Shown: positions 26,101-40,081, numbered from the stretch's first letter. The stretch is DNA of 64,000 bases from the human T2T-CHM13v2.0 reference genome, Homo sapiens (GCF_009914755.1 NC_060937.1); one strand, 5' to 3'. Notes: generated by a model not told the origin, from the letters alone. Numbers and translations: made by a program.

Positions 26101-27774
26101 CAAGAAACCCTAGACATTTTAGATAAACATTTTGTGACATTTAAATACAGTGAATTGAAGCTCTCTTATCTTTTTCATAATATACCTCTTTCTTTAAAAT
26201 TTTACTAAAAGCTAAACTAGTGTTAACTTTCCTTTTTAATTCCACTCATGCCAAAATATTTTTAAACTATTTAAACATGAAGGAATCTTTACAGTATTAT
26301 TCATAATTATAAGTAACTCTTAAATAAATTATTTACCAGCCCTAAACCAGAGCCAATAGGAAATGAGATTGTGGAAGAAAGTTAAATGACCAGAAAAGAT
26401 AGACAAAATATACTGAGAGTAAAAAGGAGCAGGTTATCAATAAGTATATACTGTATAATTCTATATTTGCATAAAGTAAATTCACAAAGGTTATCATCTG
26501 CAATTTATATTTTCATGTAATGAGAAAAATGTTAATAGAAACCTCCCTAAAAGAAAATAATTTTATGTCATACTAAGAGAGAAACATTATAATAATTATT
26601 AGTTTTTTGGGGAGGGGTAGAGGGATGCTGTGGTCCATGCCTGTCTCTAAGACATTCATTCATTAATCTGCTCTTTGCCTAGTTCTGAATGAAAGGCAGA
26701 AAATATGGTGATGCACTATGCAGATATATGTCGGCCTGTTAATAAAAACTGAGCAATAAATAATTATCTTTTTTCCTAAAAATAACTTTAATTTTTCATG
26801 CATGTTTAATAATGTTTGTTTCTAGAAGTAACATGTAATAAAAAGATATATTTAATATCTTTAAATGGACAGGCATGAAAATATCATCTGTTCTATCCTT
26901 CACTTTCCAAGCTAGACTCAATGAAAAATGTTAGATGAAAAATAAACACTCAGAAATATTTCCATGTCAATATTTTTGGCAAAAATATTAGGTCATTTTG
27001 CATGAATACTTACTGGAAATATACATAATTCTGTGGGAAAAAATGATGATTTTTGTGTTTATGGTTCATACCTCAAGAACATAGTTATTCAATTAAGCTT
27101 GCCTACTCAAACAATATAACAGGTTTACTAGACATTTTTTAATAAGTAAAAGTATTTGATGTCTTTATTATCTGCTCCAGATATGAAGATCAAATCCACA
27201 CTCAACAACACACAATTTGAGCTCAGAGTCTTTATTGTAATTGGAAAATACATGGCCTGCTTGCCAAAAACTAAGGAGTCTCTGACTATGTGATGTAATT
27301 TAATGAGTGTTTAATCCCAGATTTTACTACTGAAGAGCATCAAATCCCTTCATTAGTATAAATTTATTGTGAGCTGCAGTCTTAGTTTTCTTATTTTTAT
27401 TTTCCCAGTTCTTGCATACTACTTGTCATGTAGCACTTAGCCTATACAGATTTGTTGATAGACTTCTCCTTAAGTGTTTTTAATGTGCACATGCATTTCA
27501 ACTAGATTTGGTCATTATTGGCTAGATGATTAATACTTGCACACTAATATACCCTCCCTAGCCAAGGGTACTAAAAAAAAAAAAGGGTAGCTAATTGTTC
27601 ATGAAAATTAGAAGATACACAGAAAGGAAATTTCTAGGAGGTTGTATGTTGGCGGGCAGGGAGTAAAACTAAGCAAAGCAGAAAAGACTGAGAACAAAAT
27701 GAGCAGCTTTGATGAAGCAGGAAGATACCGAGTTTCTGAGTTGAAGAAGGGGAGTAAAATGAAAATTAGAATTA

Positions 27775-28144
27775 TGCTATGGACTAAATTGTGTCTGCCC
27801 AAAATTCATGTGCTGAATCCCAATCCCCCATTATGACCCTATTTAAATATAGGGCTTTTACAGAAGTAATCTAAGTTAAATGAAGTCATAAGCTAGGGCC
27901 CTGATTCTGTAGGGTGAGTGTCCTCATAAGAAAAGATAACAGAAAGTGTGGCTCGCTTTCTCTGCCATGTGAGGACACAGCAAGAAGGCAGCCATCTGCA
28001 ACTCTGAAAGTGGACTCTCACTAGAATTCAACTATGCTGTCATCTTGGTCTCAAATTTCCAGCCTACAGAACTGTGAGAAAATAAATTTCTGTTGTTTAA
28101 GTCACCCTGTTATGGCATTTTGTATGGCAGCCTTAGCTAAGATA
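27775..28144 (+). mobile_element. MLT1A-like MaLR solo LTR
   Basis: TGCTATGGACTAAATTGTGTC...GCCATGTGAGGACACAGCAAGAAGGCAGCCATCTGCAA...CAGAACTGTGAGAAAATAAATTTCTGTTGTTTAAG. Confidence 0.9.
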
Positions 28145-28582
28145 AAGTGTGAAAGAAAGTAAAAGTTATTTAAAGTTAAATATACCAGATTAAAAACATA
28201 TATTTGCCTCAAATTCCTTTCAATAAAATGGATGCATTTTCAAAAGAAAAAAAAAAGAGAGAGAAAATGTTACAACTAGATGCAGGCAAGCACAAGTGCT
28301 GGCTACATACGAAAGGTGACACCCCAGGGAACAATGACAGAAACCAGCAAGACATTGAAAGAGCTGTGAGAATCCTGGAGGAGGCTGTTTTGAAAAGGTG
28401 TGTGTACAAGGGAGGAGGGATGTGAGGGGGGCAGAAAGCAGCCCTGCCTTGTGGTGAAAGAATAAAAATAGGAAAGAACTTGTTGGAATTTTTGTTCCTG
28501 CCTCCTCCCACTCTGCATGGGACCGACAACGCCAGCCTCCACACCAGCAGTGACACACATTTCTGGTGCAGGTTTTCTCTAG

Positions 28583-28935
<353 letters not shown>

Positions 28936-29479
28936 GAGAAAAGCAGGTTTTGAAGGTTTAATGTGCCTTGGACAGGTGTTTCCCCAACTCTTCTCTATAC
29001 TCCTCTAAGCCTGGAGAACAAGAGGACAAAGTTCTCCCTCTCACTTTTGTATCTCTTTTTGCTTAGCTAGGGATGGCTTCCTGAGCTGAGGAGCTAAGAC
29101 AGGATTAACTATGATTTTTTGCTGTTGTTGCTTTCTATGTTTCAGTGTACTCATTCTACATCTTATTATTCAGGGTACAACTAGGAAAGGAGAAAGCATG
29201 TTACGGCACCAGGAAATTATTATAGGAGTGATACCTTGAACTATTTTGGAAAGATCTGGGAAAAGAAATTAAGGTCTCCAAGGAGGAACTGGAGAATCAA
29301 TGAGTGACTGGCCTGGTCACCCTGAGCAGCAAAACACTGAAGTGGGACTACAAAAAAGGAAGTTGGCACAGGGATATATGGAAACTGTTGACTCCGAGGC
29401 TCCTCAGCCACATGTTTAGTGATGGGCCCAGAGCTGTTGTTGCTCAGCAAGACCAGCATTTTGGAAGAAGATGTGAGCA

Positions 29480-29690
29480 CAAAGCTGAGAAGATCTGGGG
29501 AGAGCAAAGGCACACTGGAACCCCTGGTTGGTTACATCATGGCCGTCTCTCATTGCTTCTCACTATAACGGCCTCCAGAGAGTGATAGTTGCTCTTTTGC
29601 TTCTGTAAATTCCTCTTTTGAAATATTCTAACGTAGAACCATAAAGACCAGGGAGGTTGTGGAATGTCAATTTGATCTAAACAAACTGAT
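29480..29690 (-). mobile_element. Old ERVL-class LTR fragment (LTR41/LTR67-like)
   Basis: ACACTGGAACCC...TCTCTCATTGCTTC...TTCCTCTTTTG...CTAACGTAGAACCATA resembles old ERVL LTRs; weak. Confidence 0.4.
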
Positions 29691-30211
29691 GAAGCACAAA
29701 CCACTCTGCTACATTTTGAGCTCATTGGAACTGAACTTGCTTAGGGCCTGGTATTGCCCTTTGTGTATTTTCTGACAGAGAAGTAGACAATCACATAACA
29801 ACAAGTGTGGGGAACAGTCTCATAAAATAGCTAGGCATTGTGGCATTATTTCAAATGAGAGACAATATACTGTATGACTGATTTGCTCATAGGTAGAATT
29901 ATTTCATTGAAGGAGTCAAAAGTTTCAAAACAAGCCTAATAATAATACAAAAAGGGATAAGAAAGATACAGAATAAAAAGAAAAGTATAAACATAAGCGA
30001 AATATTAAACTAAAAAATACAATTGTTGAATCGAAGAACATGTTTGTTGGAATAAAGTGTGGAAAGGATGTATCTGAAGGATAAATGTGTGTATTAGGAG
30101 GTAAATGGAAATGAAGCCATGTAAACAGCATGTTTGTTGCATCAGCACTATAATATGTTCTAATATAATGGGGAAAGTGTAGAGAAATGTGTATCTCAGA
30201 CTTCATATTTC

Positions 30212-30554
30212 TTTTTTTAATTGTACATTATTAAGGGATACAGAGTGAAATTTCATTATCTCTATACAATGTATGATGATCAAATCAGGGTAATTAACAT
30301 ATCCATCACATCAAACATTTCTCATTTCTTTGTGTTGTGAACATTTGAAATATTCTCTTTTAGCTTTTTGAAAATATACAATAAATTATAGTTAACCATA
30401 TTCACCCTACAGTGCTGCAGATCACCAGAACTCATTCCTCTTGTATTCCCTACACTCATTACTCTACTGCTTACCATCTTCCCCTCCCCTACAATTCCCA
30501 GCCTTTAAGAGCCACAACTCTACTCTCCACTTCCATGGGCTCAAGTTTTTTGTG

Positions 30555-30589
<35 letters not shown>

Positions 30590-31345
30590 AATATTAGCTC
30601 TCATATATGAGTGAGACATTCAGTATTTATTTTTTGTGCCTGAACTATTTTGCTTAATATGATGTCATCCAGTTTCACCTATGTTATTGCAAATGACAGA
30701 ATTTCATTCTTTTTAATGACTGAATAGTATTCCATTGTGTTTGCATACCACAACTTCTAGCCATTCACCTGTTGATGGACGTTTAGGTTAATGCCATATC
30801 TTAACTATTGTGAACAGTGCTCCAATAAACTTTGGATAAATATCCAGTAGTGGGATTGCTGGATCATGTGGTAGTTCTATTTTTAGTTTATTCAGAAACC
30901 TCCACACTATTTTTCATAATGGCTGTACTAAAAAACATTCCCACCAACAGTATATAAGGGCTCCATTTTTTTCACATCCTTTTCAGCATCTGTTTTTGTC
31001 TTTTTTATGATAGCCATTCTAATTGGGGTGACATAATATTTTATAATGGTTTTAATTTGCATTTCCCTGATGATTAGTGCTGTTGAGAATTTTTTGTATA
31101 TTTATTGGCCAGTTATATGTCTTATTTTGAGGAATCTTTATTCAGATCTTTTTCCTATTTTAACGGTATTATTATTATTTGCTCTTGAGTTGTTATTAGT
31201 CCCTTGTTGGATGAATAGTTTGCAAGTATTTTCCCCTATTCTCCATGTTGTCTCTTAACTCTGTTGATTCTTTCACTGTGCAGAAGCTTTTAGTGTAATA
31301 TAGTCCTATTTGTCTGTTTTGTTTGTAGTCTGTCACTTTGGAGTA
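30212..31345 (-). mobile_element. L1MA-class 5'-truncated LINE with TSD
   Basis: Reverse 3' UTR and ORF2 end; 14-bp TSD AGACTTCATATTTC (30198-211) / AGATTTCATATTTC (31346-59). Confidence 0.9.
30559..30586 (+). repeat. (TG)14 microsatellite
   Basis: Perfect TG run inside the L1MA 3' UTR. Confidence 0.95.
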
Positions 31346-31924
31346 AGATTTCATATTTCGTCTATCTCACCATTACCTGTGTTTTCACAAATTATTAGCA
31401 AATGTGATTTGTGAGTCTGATTTAGCAATCATGCAGTTTATATCTTACAATCCTTTAATTATTCTTTTATTTAAAAAATACACCTATATAGGTAAACACA
31501 TATGTAATATAAATAACACGCAAATTTGTATCACGTTTACATATAGATATGTAGTACTTTGATGAACCCTATGCATCTATCAACGACAGTCAGGTGCTTT
31601 ACACATGCAACTTGAAAGCCTTGAGATATTACTAGATGAGAAAAGCAAATTATAAACCCATATATTTAGTACATACCAAATTTTAAGAATAAGATATATA
31701 CGGATATACTTAGGCAGGTAAGTGTTCCTATATATTTCTGCACTAAAAAATTATGGAAGTGGAAATATTTTATTATAATGTCTAGTTATCCATGTGTCAT
31801 GGGTTTGGGAGAAATAAACTTTTCATTTTAAATACTTTAATATTATTTGGATTTTTATATCTATTTTTATAGCTAAGGATAGTTGATGTACAAACAACAA
31901 AGAAGAACAAAAAATATATAAACC

Positions 31925-32112
31925 TCTGGATTTAAGAATCAGAAGAACTGGGTTCAGGCTTTAGCTCTGTGTCTCTCAGAAACAGGAGTGAATTTAGGTG
32001 AGTTGCTGCTTCTATTTGAATATTCATTATAATTTTTTCCTTAAACTTTTTGTTGAGGGTTAACATATATATGAAAGTGCCTTGCCCACTGCTGTGCAAA
32101 TAACATGTTAAT
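31925..32112 (+). mobile_element. MIR SINE
   Basis: GAATCAGAAGAACTGGGTTCAGGCTTTAGCTCTG...TTGTTGAGGGTTAA...ATATGAAAGTGCCTTG. Confidence 0.6.
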
Positions 32113-33520
32113 ATTCCAGAAATCCTCATTTCTTTAACAGATAAGAGGAGGAGGAGGAATAATTCCTTTCTTTTGGGTATTTTTGCTTAAAGTCCTTGTG
32201 GGAGTCAGTAGCATTCCATGAAACAGATTTTAAGTAAAAGCAAATTAGTACAGTGCTAAAGCTATAACTTTACTTGCCACCCACTATCAAATGTTATTTG
32301 TGGAATACCATTGTATAAAGATTAGCAAGGGAAAATACAGATAGGCAGAGCAATTGATTTTACATACTTCTCAAAAATGAAAACTACAGGTGGATCTCAA
32401 GCTGGCCTAACATCATCCAAGATTTATCTTACTTTTGGGTGGATTTGACTTGGTAAGGTGCATTGCCTGACTACAGAGACTATTCCCTATTCTTCCCTCT
32501 CTGTCAGCAGACTATTTGCTAGCATGTCAATCATCAGTTTTGTCATTGAACGTGGTCTCTACCAGTGGTAATTAGGAAAGTAAATTCAACAGTGAAAATC
32601 AGCAAGCAAAACTCATCAATCAGCAGCTCTTAAAAAGAGAGATCACAATCATAGCAGCAAAAGCTGGGAGATCATGTCCCTCAGGGCATTAGGAGTTTTA
32701 TATAAAAATGTACGTGATGACTTTGCAATAGGGACACCCACTGTGCAAAGCCCAATGTGTGGCTCTCATTTTCAATTCAGATATCGTCAGTCTGAAGTCT
32801 TATAATATGATCACAGTTACAACAGAAAGATATTCAAATCATAATGACTGATGAGCAACAAAACCAATTTATTACTAGATCTGTCTCCCCACACACTCTG
32901 AAGAATTCCTGGGGATGTTTACATTTGCTCATGAAACCATTTGTATTGCTATGCTAAAAAAGCAGAAACTCAGACATCAGCACTTGCAACCAATGTTGTA
33001 AATGCTGCCCTCTGGAAGCCCACTGGTGAGGCTGTGTCCATACCACCCTTGGTACCATTAGTAATATGGAGGTAAGCTTTAATCTTGAACCAAAATGAAA
33101 AAAGTGCTGTGATAGCAACTCCAGCAGTCTCCTTTTGTTTAGTACTTCCACAAACAGCAATGCAGTTTCTGCTAATGCACCCAAGCCTGGGTGACTCTAC
33201 TTCACCAAAGAGCTGGTAAACCTTCAGTATTGAGCCTAGTTTGGGAAACTCCTGAGTACAGGCTTTAAGACCACAAAGAGGCCGAGTTGCAGCAAATGCA
33301 TCTTAGAATTTACACACAGCCATTTTCCCAAAGGCAGAGCACTGGTGTACAGGGGAAGGGGAGATAACAGAGAAAAAGTGGACTGCATATTGTGCCCAGG
33401 ATCTATTATCACTTCAGATCTCAGTAAATTTGCAATGATTTTCTTACATTCAAAATGTCAGAAAGAATTTATCTTACTTCTTGCCAGTGGGTCTAAAACT
33501 CACATGCATGTTTTGAGGTG

Positions 33521-35677
33521 TATTCTCATAATAGTGAATAAGTCTCACGAGATCTGATGGTTTTAAAAAGAGGAGTTTCCCTGCACAAGCTCTCTTCTCT
33601 TGTCTGCCACCATGTGAGATATACCTTTCACCTTCCACCATGATTGTGAGGCTTCCCCAGCTACGTGGAACTGTAAGTCCAATAAACTTCTTTCTTTGGT
33701 AAATTGCCCAGTCCCAGGTATGTTTTTATCAGCAGCATGAAAATGGTAAATTGGTACCAGTAGAGTGGGGTGCTGCTGAAAAGATACCTGAAAATGTGGA
33801 AGTGATTTTGGAACTGGGTAACAGGCAGAGGTTGGAACAGTTTGGAGTGCACAGAAAAGGACAGGAAAATGTGGGAAAGGTTGGAACTTCCTAGAGACTT
33901 GTTTAATAGCTTTGTCCAAAATGCTGATAGCAATATGGACAATAAAGTCCAGGCGGAGGTGGTCTCAGATGGAGACAAGGAACTTGTTGAGAACTGGAGG
34001 AAAAGGTGACTCTGTTATTTTTTTAGCAAAGAGACTGGTGGCATTTTGCCTCTGCCCTAGAGATTTGTGGAACTTTGAACTTGAGAGAGATGATTTAGAG
34101 TATCTGGCACAGGAAATTTCTAAGCAGCAAAGCATTCAAGATGTAACTTGGGTGCTGTTAAAGGCATTTGGTTTTAAAAGGGAAACAGGCATAAGAGTTT
34201 GGAAAATTTGCAGCCTGACAATGCAATAAAAAAGAAAATCCCATTTTCTGAGGAAAAATTAAAGCTGGCTGCAGAAATTTGCATAAATAAGGAAGAGCCT
34301 AATGTTAGTCACAAAGACAATGGAAAAAAATGTCTCCAGTGCATGTCAGAGACCTTTGAGGCAACCCCTCTCATCACATGCCAGGAGGTTTAGGAGGAAA
34401 AAATGGTTTCATGAGCCAGGCCCAGGGTCCTTGGGCTGTGTGCAGCCTAGGGACTTGGTGCCCTATGTCCTAGCTGCTCCAGCCAGGGCTGAAAGGGGCC
34501 AATGTAAAGTTTGGGTCATGGCTTCAGAGGGTGTAAGCCCCAAGACTTGGCAGCTTCCACGTGGTGTTGAGCCAGTGGGTGCACAGGGTCAAGAACTGGG
34601 GTTTGGGAACCTCTGCCTAGATTTCAGAGGATGTATGGAAATACCTGGAATCCCAGACAGAAGTTTGCTGCAACAGTGGGGCCCTCATAGAGAACCTCTG
34701 CTAGGGCAGTGCAAAAGGGAAATGTGGGGTCAGAGCCCCCATATAGATTCCCTACTGGGGCACTGCCTAGTGAAGCTGTGAGAAGAGGGCCACCATCCTC
34801 CAGACCCCAGAATGGTAGCTCCATTAAAAGCTTGCACTGTGCACCTGGAAAAGCCACAGGCACTCTCCAGCCTGTGAAAGCAGTCAGGAGAGGGGCTATA
34901 CCCTGCAAAGCCACAGGGACAGAGCTGCCCAAGACCATGGGAACTCACCTCTTGCATCAGCATGACCTAGATGTAAGACATGGAGTCAAAAGATATCATT
35001 TTGGAGCTATAAGATTTGATTTTCCTGCTGGGTTTTGTACTTGCATGGGGCCTGTAGCTCCCTTGTTTTGGCCAATTTCTCCCATTTGGAATGGTTGTAT
35101 TTACCCAATACCTGTACTCCAATTGTATCTAGGAAGTAACTAACTTGCTTTTGATTTTACAGGTTCATAGGCAGAAGGTACTTGCCTTGTCTCAGCTGAG
35201 ATGTTGGATTGTGGACTTTAGAGTTAATGCTGAAATAACTTAAGACTTTGGAGGACTGTTGAGAAGTCATAATTGGTTTTGAAATGTGAGGACATGAGAT
35301 TTGGGAGGAGCCAGAGGAAGAATGATATGGTTCGGCTTGTCTCTACCCAAATCTTATCTAGAATTGTAACTCCTCCAATTCCCATGTCATGGGAGGGACC
35401 CAGTGGGAGGTAATTGAATCATGGGGGCTGGTCTTTCTCGTGCTATTCTTGTAATAATGAATAAGTCTCATGAGATCTGATGGTTTTAAAAAGAGAGTTT
35501 CCCTGCACAAGCTCTCTGCTTTTTTCTGCCACCATGCGAGATGTGCCTTTCACCTTCTACCATGATTGTGAGGCCTTCCCAGCCACATGGAACTATAAGT
35601 CGAATAAGCCTATTTCTTTTGTAAATTGCCCAGTCTTGGGTATGTCTTTATCAGAAGTGTGAAAACAGACTAATACA
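33521..35677 (+). mobile_element. THE1A/B MaLR provirus (truncated 5' LTR, internal region, intact 3' LTR)
   Basis: Partial 5' LTR 33521-33746; THE1-int from GTAAATTGGTACCAGTAGAGTGGGG to the polypurine tract at 35303-35322; 3' LTR TGATATGG...CTAATACA at 35323-35677. Confidence 0.95.
35411..35421 (+). promoter_or_regulatory. DUX4 consensus site in the THE1 3' LTR
   Basis: TAATTGAATCA fits TAAYBBAATCA; the same motif lies on the minus strand at 7606-7616. THE1 LTRs are known DUX4 targets, but binding here is untested. Confidence 0.5.
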
Positions 35678-36077
35678 AAGTGTAACTGCATGTTACCTTC
35701 CCCAGATTCAGTGCTTTTCTATGCAATTGATTAGAAACATTGCCACTACTGCAACTGCATACTGCAACTGCCAAAAAAAAATGTTTGATGGAACCACTGG
35801 TTCTTATACTGACTCTATGTGGCCTGGGACAGCTCATCATCACCCCCTAAACCTACTCTGAAATTCCTCATTCTTCAGAATGTGAATTTCAAGAGGGAAG
35901 GCAGCACCTCTCTTCTAAGTTTCAAGTCGGTTTTCTTTGCCTCAGGAGAAACTATTTTCCAGTATGATTTGCAATAGGAGTATACATTCATTTCAAAGCA
36001 AAACTACAGTCCATACATTTGTGGTTGTTTTTCCTACAGAAGCTCAATAGGTAATTGAAATAATGTCAGGAAATTTA

Positions 36078-36290
36078 CCAGTGTGTTTAAGAGCCAGGCT
36101 CCCTGGCCTATGTCTCAGTTCATTATTTATTCACCGTGTAACCTTGGGCAAGACACCTACCTTCTCTATGCCTTGATATGTTAATCTGAGAACAAAAGGG
36201 ATATCAACAGTATATCACAGGGCTGTTGTGAAGGTGTATTTAAGGTACAAAGAATAATGCTTGACCTATAGTAAATGTTCTATAGTTTAT
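36078..36290 (+). mobile_element. MIR SINE
   Basis: GTGTAACCTTGGGCAAGACACCTACCTTCTCTATGCCT...CACAGGGCTGTTGTGAAG...ATAGTAAATGTTC. Confidence 0.75.
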
Positions 36291-37249
36291 TTTTTACTCT
36301 GACACAGGTTTGTCTCACAAATCTGTTATAGTTAATTATATCTAGGGACACATTTTAACAGTAGCCACTATATGTATATCATATCACAAGAGGTGACAAA
36401 AATGGAAAAGAGTAGACAGGTTCTGCAGAAAAAAGAAAATGAAAGAAAGTAGATAAGGACTTAAAACTGTACACCTCAAATGACCTTTGCTTAAATCCTG
36501 CACTTTTGGGTTACTACAGACATTTTTCCTTCAAACACTGCTTAAATTCTCCAACCTTTCAAGGATAGTGGTAAATTACAGCATTTTAAAAATAAAATCA
36601 TTGCACTGTAAACATATGTATATCTTATGTGTGTTTTGGGATTTTTTGTTGTTGTTGTTGGATGATGGCTATTGTAGTCTTTTTGAGACACAAATGTATG
36701 TGATAGCTCAAGCCTTGTCAACTAAAGACCTCCAAAAATAACTCTCTGGCAGGGGACTTTCAGAGACTTTTACCTTTTCTTTTATATCAAGCAACTGTTC
36801 CCAATTATTCTTTTGTGCTGTCATTTATAAACAGTGAATGGCTATGAAGGAAGAGCTTTTCAGCAAAGGAAAGCAGTAACATCCAACCCTTAGCTGCCAC
36901 ATTCTATTTTCTGATTCCCTTATTTGAGACAGTCATGAAAATGCCAGCATTTAAATTGTAAGACTTAGTGACGATATTTCGATAGGCTTCTGAAAAAGCT
37001 TATAGGTACTTCAGTTCAACTCTTTTATCGAATAATAGAAGTTCTTTATATTCATTGTACAAAATGTAAAATTCAAAATGCAAACGAGTGAATAGAATTA
37101 AAAGTCATCTGCAATCCAATAAGCAGACACAACCATTTAAAAAATATTATGTGTATACTACACACATGCGCCAGAGACAACTAATTTTCACACTTCACAA
37201 TATATTTATCACAATTAGACAGATAGGCAGAATTCCTACATGTTATATA

Positions 37250-38800
37250 AATAGGAGACAAAGAAATTTGAATCATTCTAAAAACCAATGTTGGTATCAT
37301 TTATTTGGCATTCATTAATACTATATCATGAGGACTTTTTCATGTCTTTGGATATGCTTGTAGCATGATTTTTAAAGGCTGCAGAAATGTTTTTATATAC
37401 AGACACCATCTTTTTCTTAACCTAAACTCTATTTATTTATTTATTTATTTATTGAGATGAGATCTCACTCTGTCACCCAGCCTGGAGTGCAGTGACACAA
37501 TCATGGCTCACTGCAGCCTCGACCTCCTGGGCTCAAGTGATTCTCTCACTTCAGCTTCCAGTGTAGCTGGGTCTACAGGCATGTGCCACCACACAGGCTA
37601 ATTTTTTTTTTAAATTATTCGTAAAGATGAGGTCTTGCTATGTTGCCCAGGCTGATCTCAAACTCCTGGCCTCAAGCTATACATCTGCCTCAGCCTCCCA
37701 AAATGCTGGGATTACAGATGTGAGCCATCGTGCACAGCCAAGATTATTTAATGTGTTTAACATTTCTCTGTTGCTGAATATTAGGTTGTTTCTATTATCT
37801 TTTAATTTTAATTAATATTTTGAAGAACTATCTAGAACATAAAACACAGTTTGATTCTTGATTATTTTTATTGGTAAAACTACCAATTAAAAGAACAAAT
37901 TTCCCTCCAAAAAGCTTCAGCCAGTTTTTATTTGTACTAGAAGTATAGTATTAATTACTAGTTTTAGGCTTAGCTAGTTAGAAAGATAAAAATATCCTAT
38001 TGTTCTTTTAATTTGCATTTTTAAAATTATCGATGAAAGTGAACATTTTTCTCATTTTATTTCTTTGCCTTTTAAACATTGGAATGCCATTTTACTTATG
38101 TTTGGGAAATTGCTTCACATATTTTATTAAAATATACATTCAAAATATTTCCGCTAATCATTTATCTATTGGTTTATTTGTCATGGCTTTGAATTTATCA
38201 ACTTTGAAATACCAGGTAAAACATTATTCGCATTACTTATTTTTGTAGGGGGTATTTACCAATGCATTTATAGTATATTTTATCATATTGTTTTACATAA
38301 AAGTTATTATTTGACTTCTTTAAACCTGTGGAATTTATTTGGGTATATATGATAAGGAAATACACCAACTTAAAAATTCCCAAGTAACCTCTATTTCCCA
38401 CACCATTGTGTAACTCTCCCATCAGTAGGGCATATAATGAACTCAGTTTCAAGACTGAATAGTCTGTTCTGTTTACCTACCTATTAAATTTTATGCAAAC
38501 TAACTTTTTACATTATTCTATTTTACAACATATTTTAAAATCTTGTAGGAAAATTACATTTTTGTATTTTTCAAAGTATCTTTATTCTCACTGATTTAAT
38601 GATAATAGCCGCTACACTCTGATACCCCTACTACCTGTACTACAATGCTTCCTGATTACATTGAATTTAAAAATTATTTTGCCAAGCTCTAATAAAAATC
38701 CCTGTGAAGAGGTGTTATATGTCTTTTTACATCTATAAATTAATTTGAGAAAACATAAATGCTTACACTATTCTGTTTTTCTTCCATCTCTTAATTTATT
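37250..38800 (-). mobile_element. Ancient L1ME-class fragment (split by AluJ)
   Basis: TTGCTGAATATTAGGTTGTTTC, TTGTTCTTTTAATTTGCATTT and ATTTATCTATTGG are reverse L1M 3' motifs. Confidence 0.55.
37430..37739 (-). mobile_element. AluJ SINE with (TTTA)n tail
   Basis: J diagnostics TCATGGCTCACTGCAGCCTCGACCTCCTGGGCTCAAG and GGTCTTGCTATGTTGCCCAGGCTG. Confidence 0.95.
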
Positions 38801-38811
38801 AAAAGGCACTT

Positions 38812-39185
38812 TTCGTTTATTCAAACATATGGTGTATCTATGGAGTGTATCTATTGAGTCACTGTGTTCCAGATGCTACTCTTAAGTTTTGGGAATATAG
38901 CAGTGATATAACAGATGAAAAAACCCTGCCTTCATATGGTTTATATTCTAAACGGAACACAAAGACAATGAAAAACAAACAACTAAAAGTAAAACTTATA
39001 TCACAGCTTTATGAAACCTATGTAAGAAAGCAGAAGACGGAAGGAGGATAAAGATTATATGTGCCTGTGGGATGTTGAGGAAATAGCTCACTGAGAAAGG
39101 AATATCTTAGCCGGGGCCTGATGCTGGGGACACCACTAGCCAGTCTAATATCTGAAGGAAGAGTGCTCCAGGCAAAGGGAACCAA
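38812..39185 (-). mobile_element. L2a-like LINE 3' part
   Basis: TTTATTCAAACA...TATTGAGTCACTGTGTTCCAG...CCCTGCCTTCATATGGTTTATATTCTA...GAAGAGTGCTCCAGGCAAAGGGAAC. Confidence 0.8.
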
Positions 39186-39844
39186 CTAGTTGAACCTTTT
39201 TTATTTAATGTAACAGCCTTTCAGGTTTTTCTTATTTAGATGGACTCTAATCCTACCTTGCAGAGTTATTTTGATGTATTTTATATTTTTTGGTATGAAA
39301 AATAAAATAAATTCCTGTAATTAGTATCATTAATATTATTGTACCATCTAGGTTACTGCTGTTTGTAGAAGAGAAATTGATTTTTTCTACTTCTCATTCA
39401 ATTTTTATTGGTACTAGAACACTATTTAAAATAGATACCCATTGACATGTAAGCAAAAATAGAGGCCTTGTCTAGCTCTCCCTACTCCCAATTCAGGCAC
39501 CCCACAAGTAAAAACTTACTATTGTTGCCTATGTCTTCAGATGGTTCCATCCATATTTCTAAATACTATGCTTAGGCTACCATTTAGTGAATTTTCAGTT
39601 TTAGATACTTAAGAACCTTCTCCCATCACCATCCTCTATACATACTTACTTCTGATAGTGTTCCCAATACAATTATATTATGATTTGTATTAAATCAATA
39701 TTCTGTGATTACATTACTATAACTAAGCAAGTATTCAGATCTGTACAACTTAGTTATGATGTTTAATTTTTTTCTTGAATGACTTTTCTGATTTTGTTTT
39801 AAACAGTTAATAATTATTTATTTTCCTGTTCATTTTTTCCTAGG

Positions 39845-40081
39845 CAGACTCAGATGTTTTGACTTAATGATTTTTTGACTTAGCAATGGTACAAAAGCAA
39901 TACACATTCAGTTTGTTCCTCAACTTACAATGGGGCTACATCTGGATAAACTCATCCTAAGTTGAAAATATTGTTAAATCAAAGACACACTTTCAACATA
40001 CAGTATTTTCAATTTACAGTGGGTTTATCAGAACATAGCCCCATCAAGGAGGGGCTGTACTCGTAAGTCAAGGAGCACCCA
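39845..40081. mobile_element. MER47/Tigger5-family MITE with internal inverted repeat
   Basis: CTCAACTTACAATGGGGCTACATCTGGATAAACTCATCCTAAGTTGAAAATATTG pairs with CAGTATTTTCAATTTACAGTGGGTTTATCAGAACATAGCCCCATC...GTAAGTCAAGGAGCA. Confidence 0.75.

Noticed and set aside
33563-35143. Cluster of overlapping 100-160 aa ORFs
   Set aside because: All lie within the THE1 provirus and reflect its higher GC content; there is no continuous frame.
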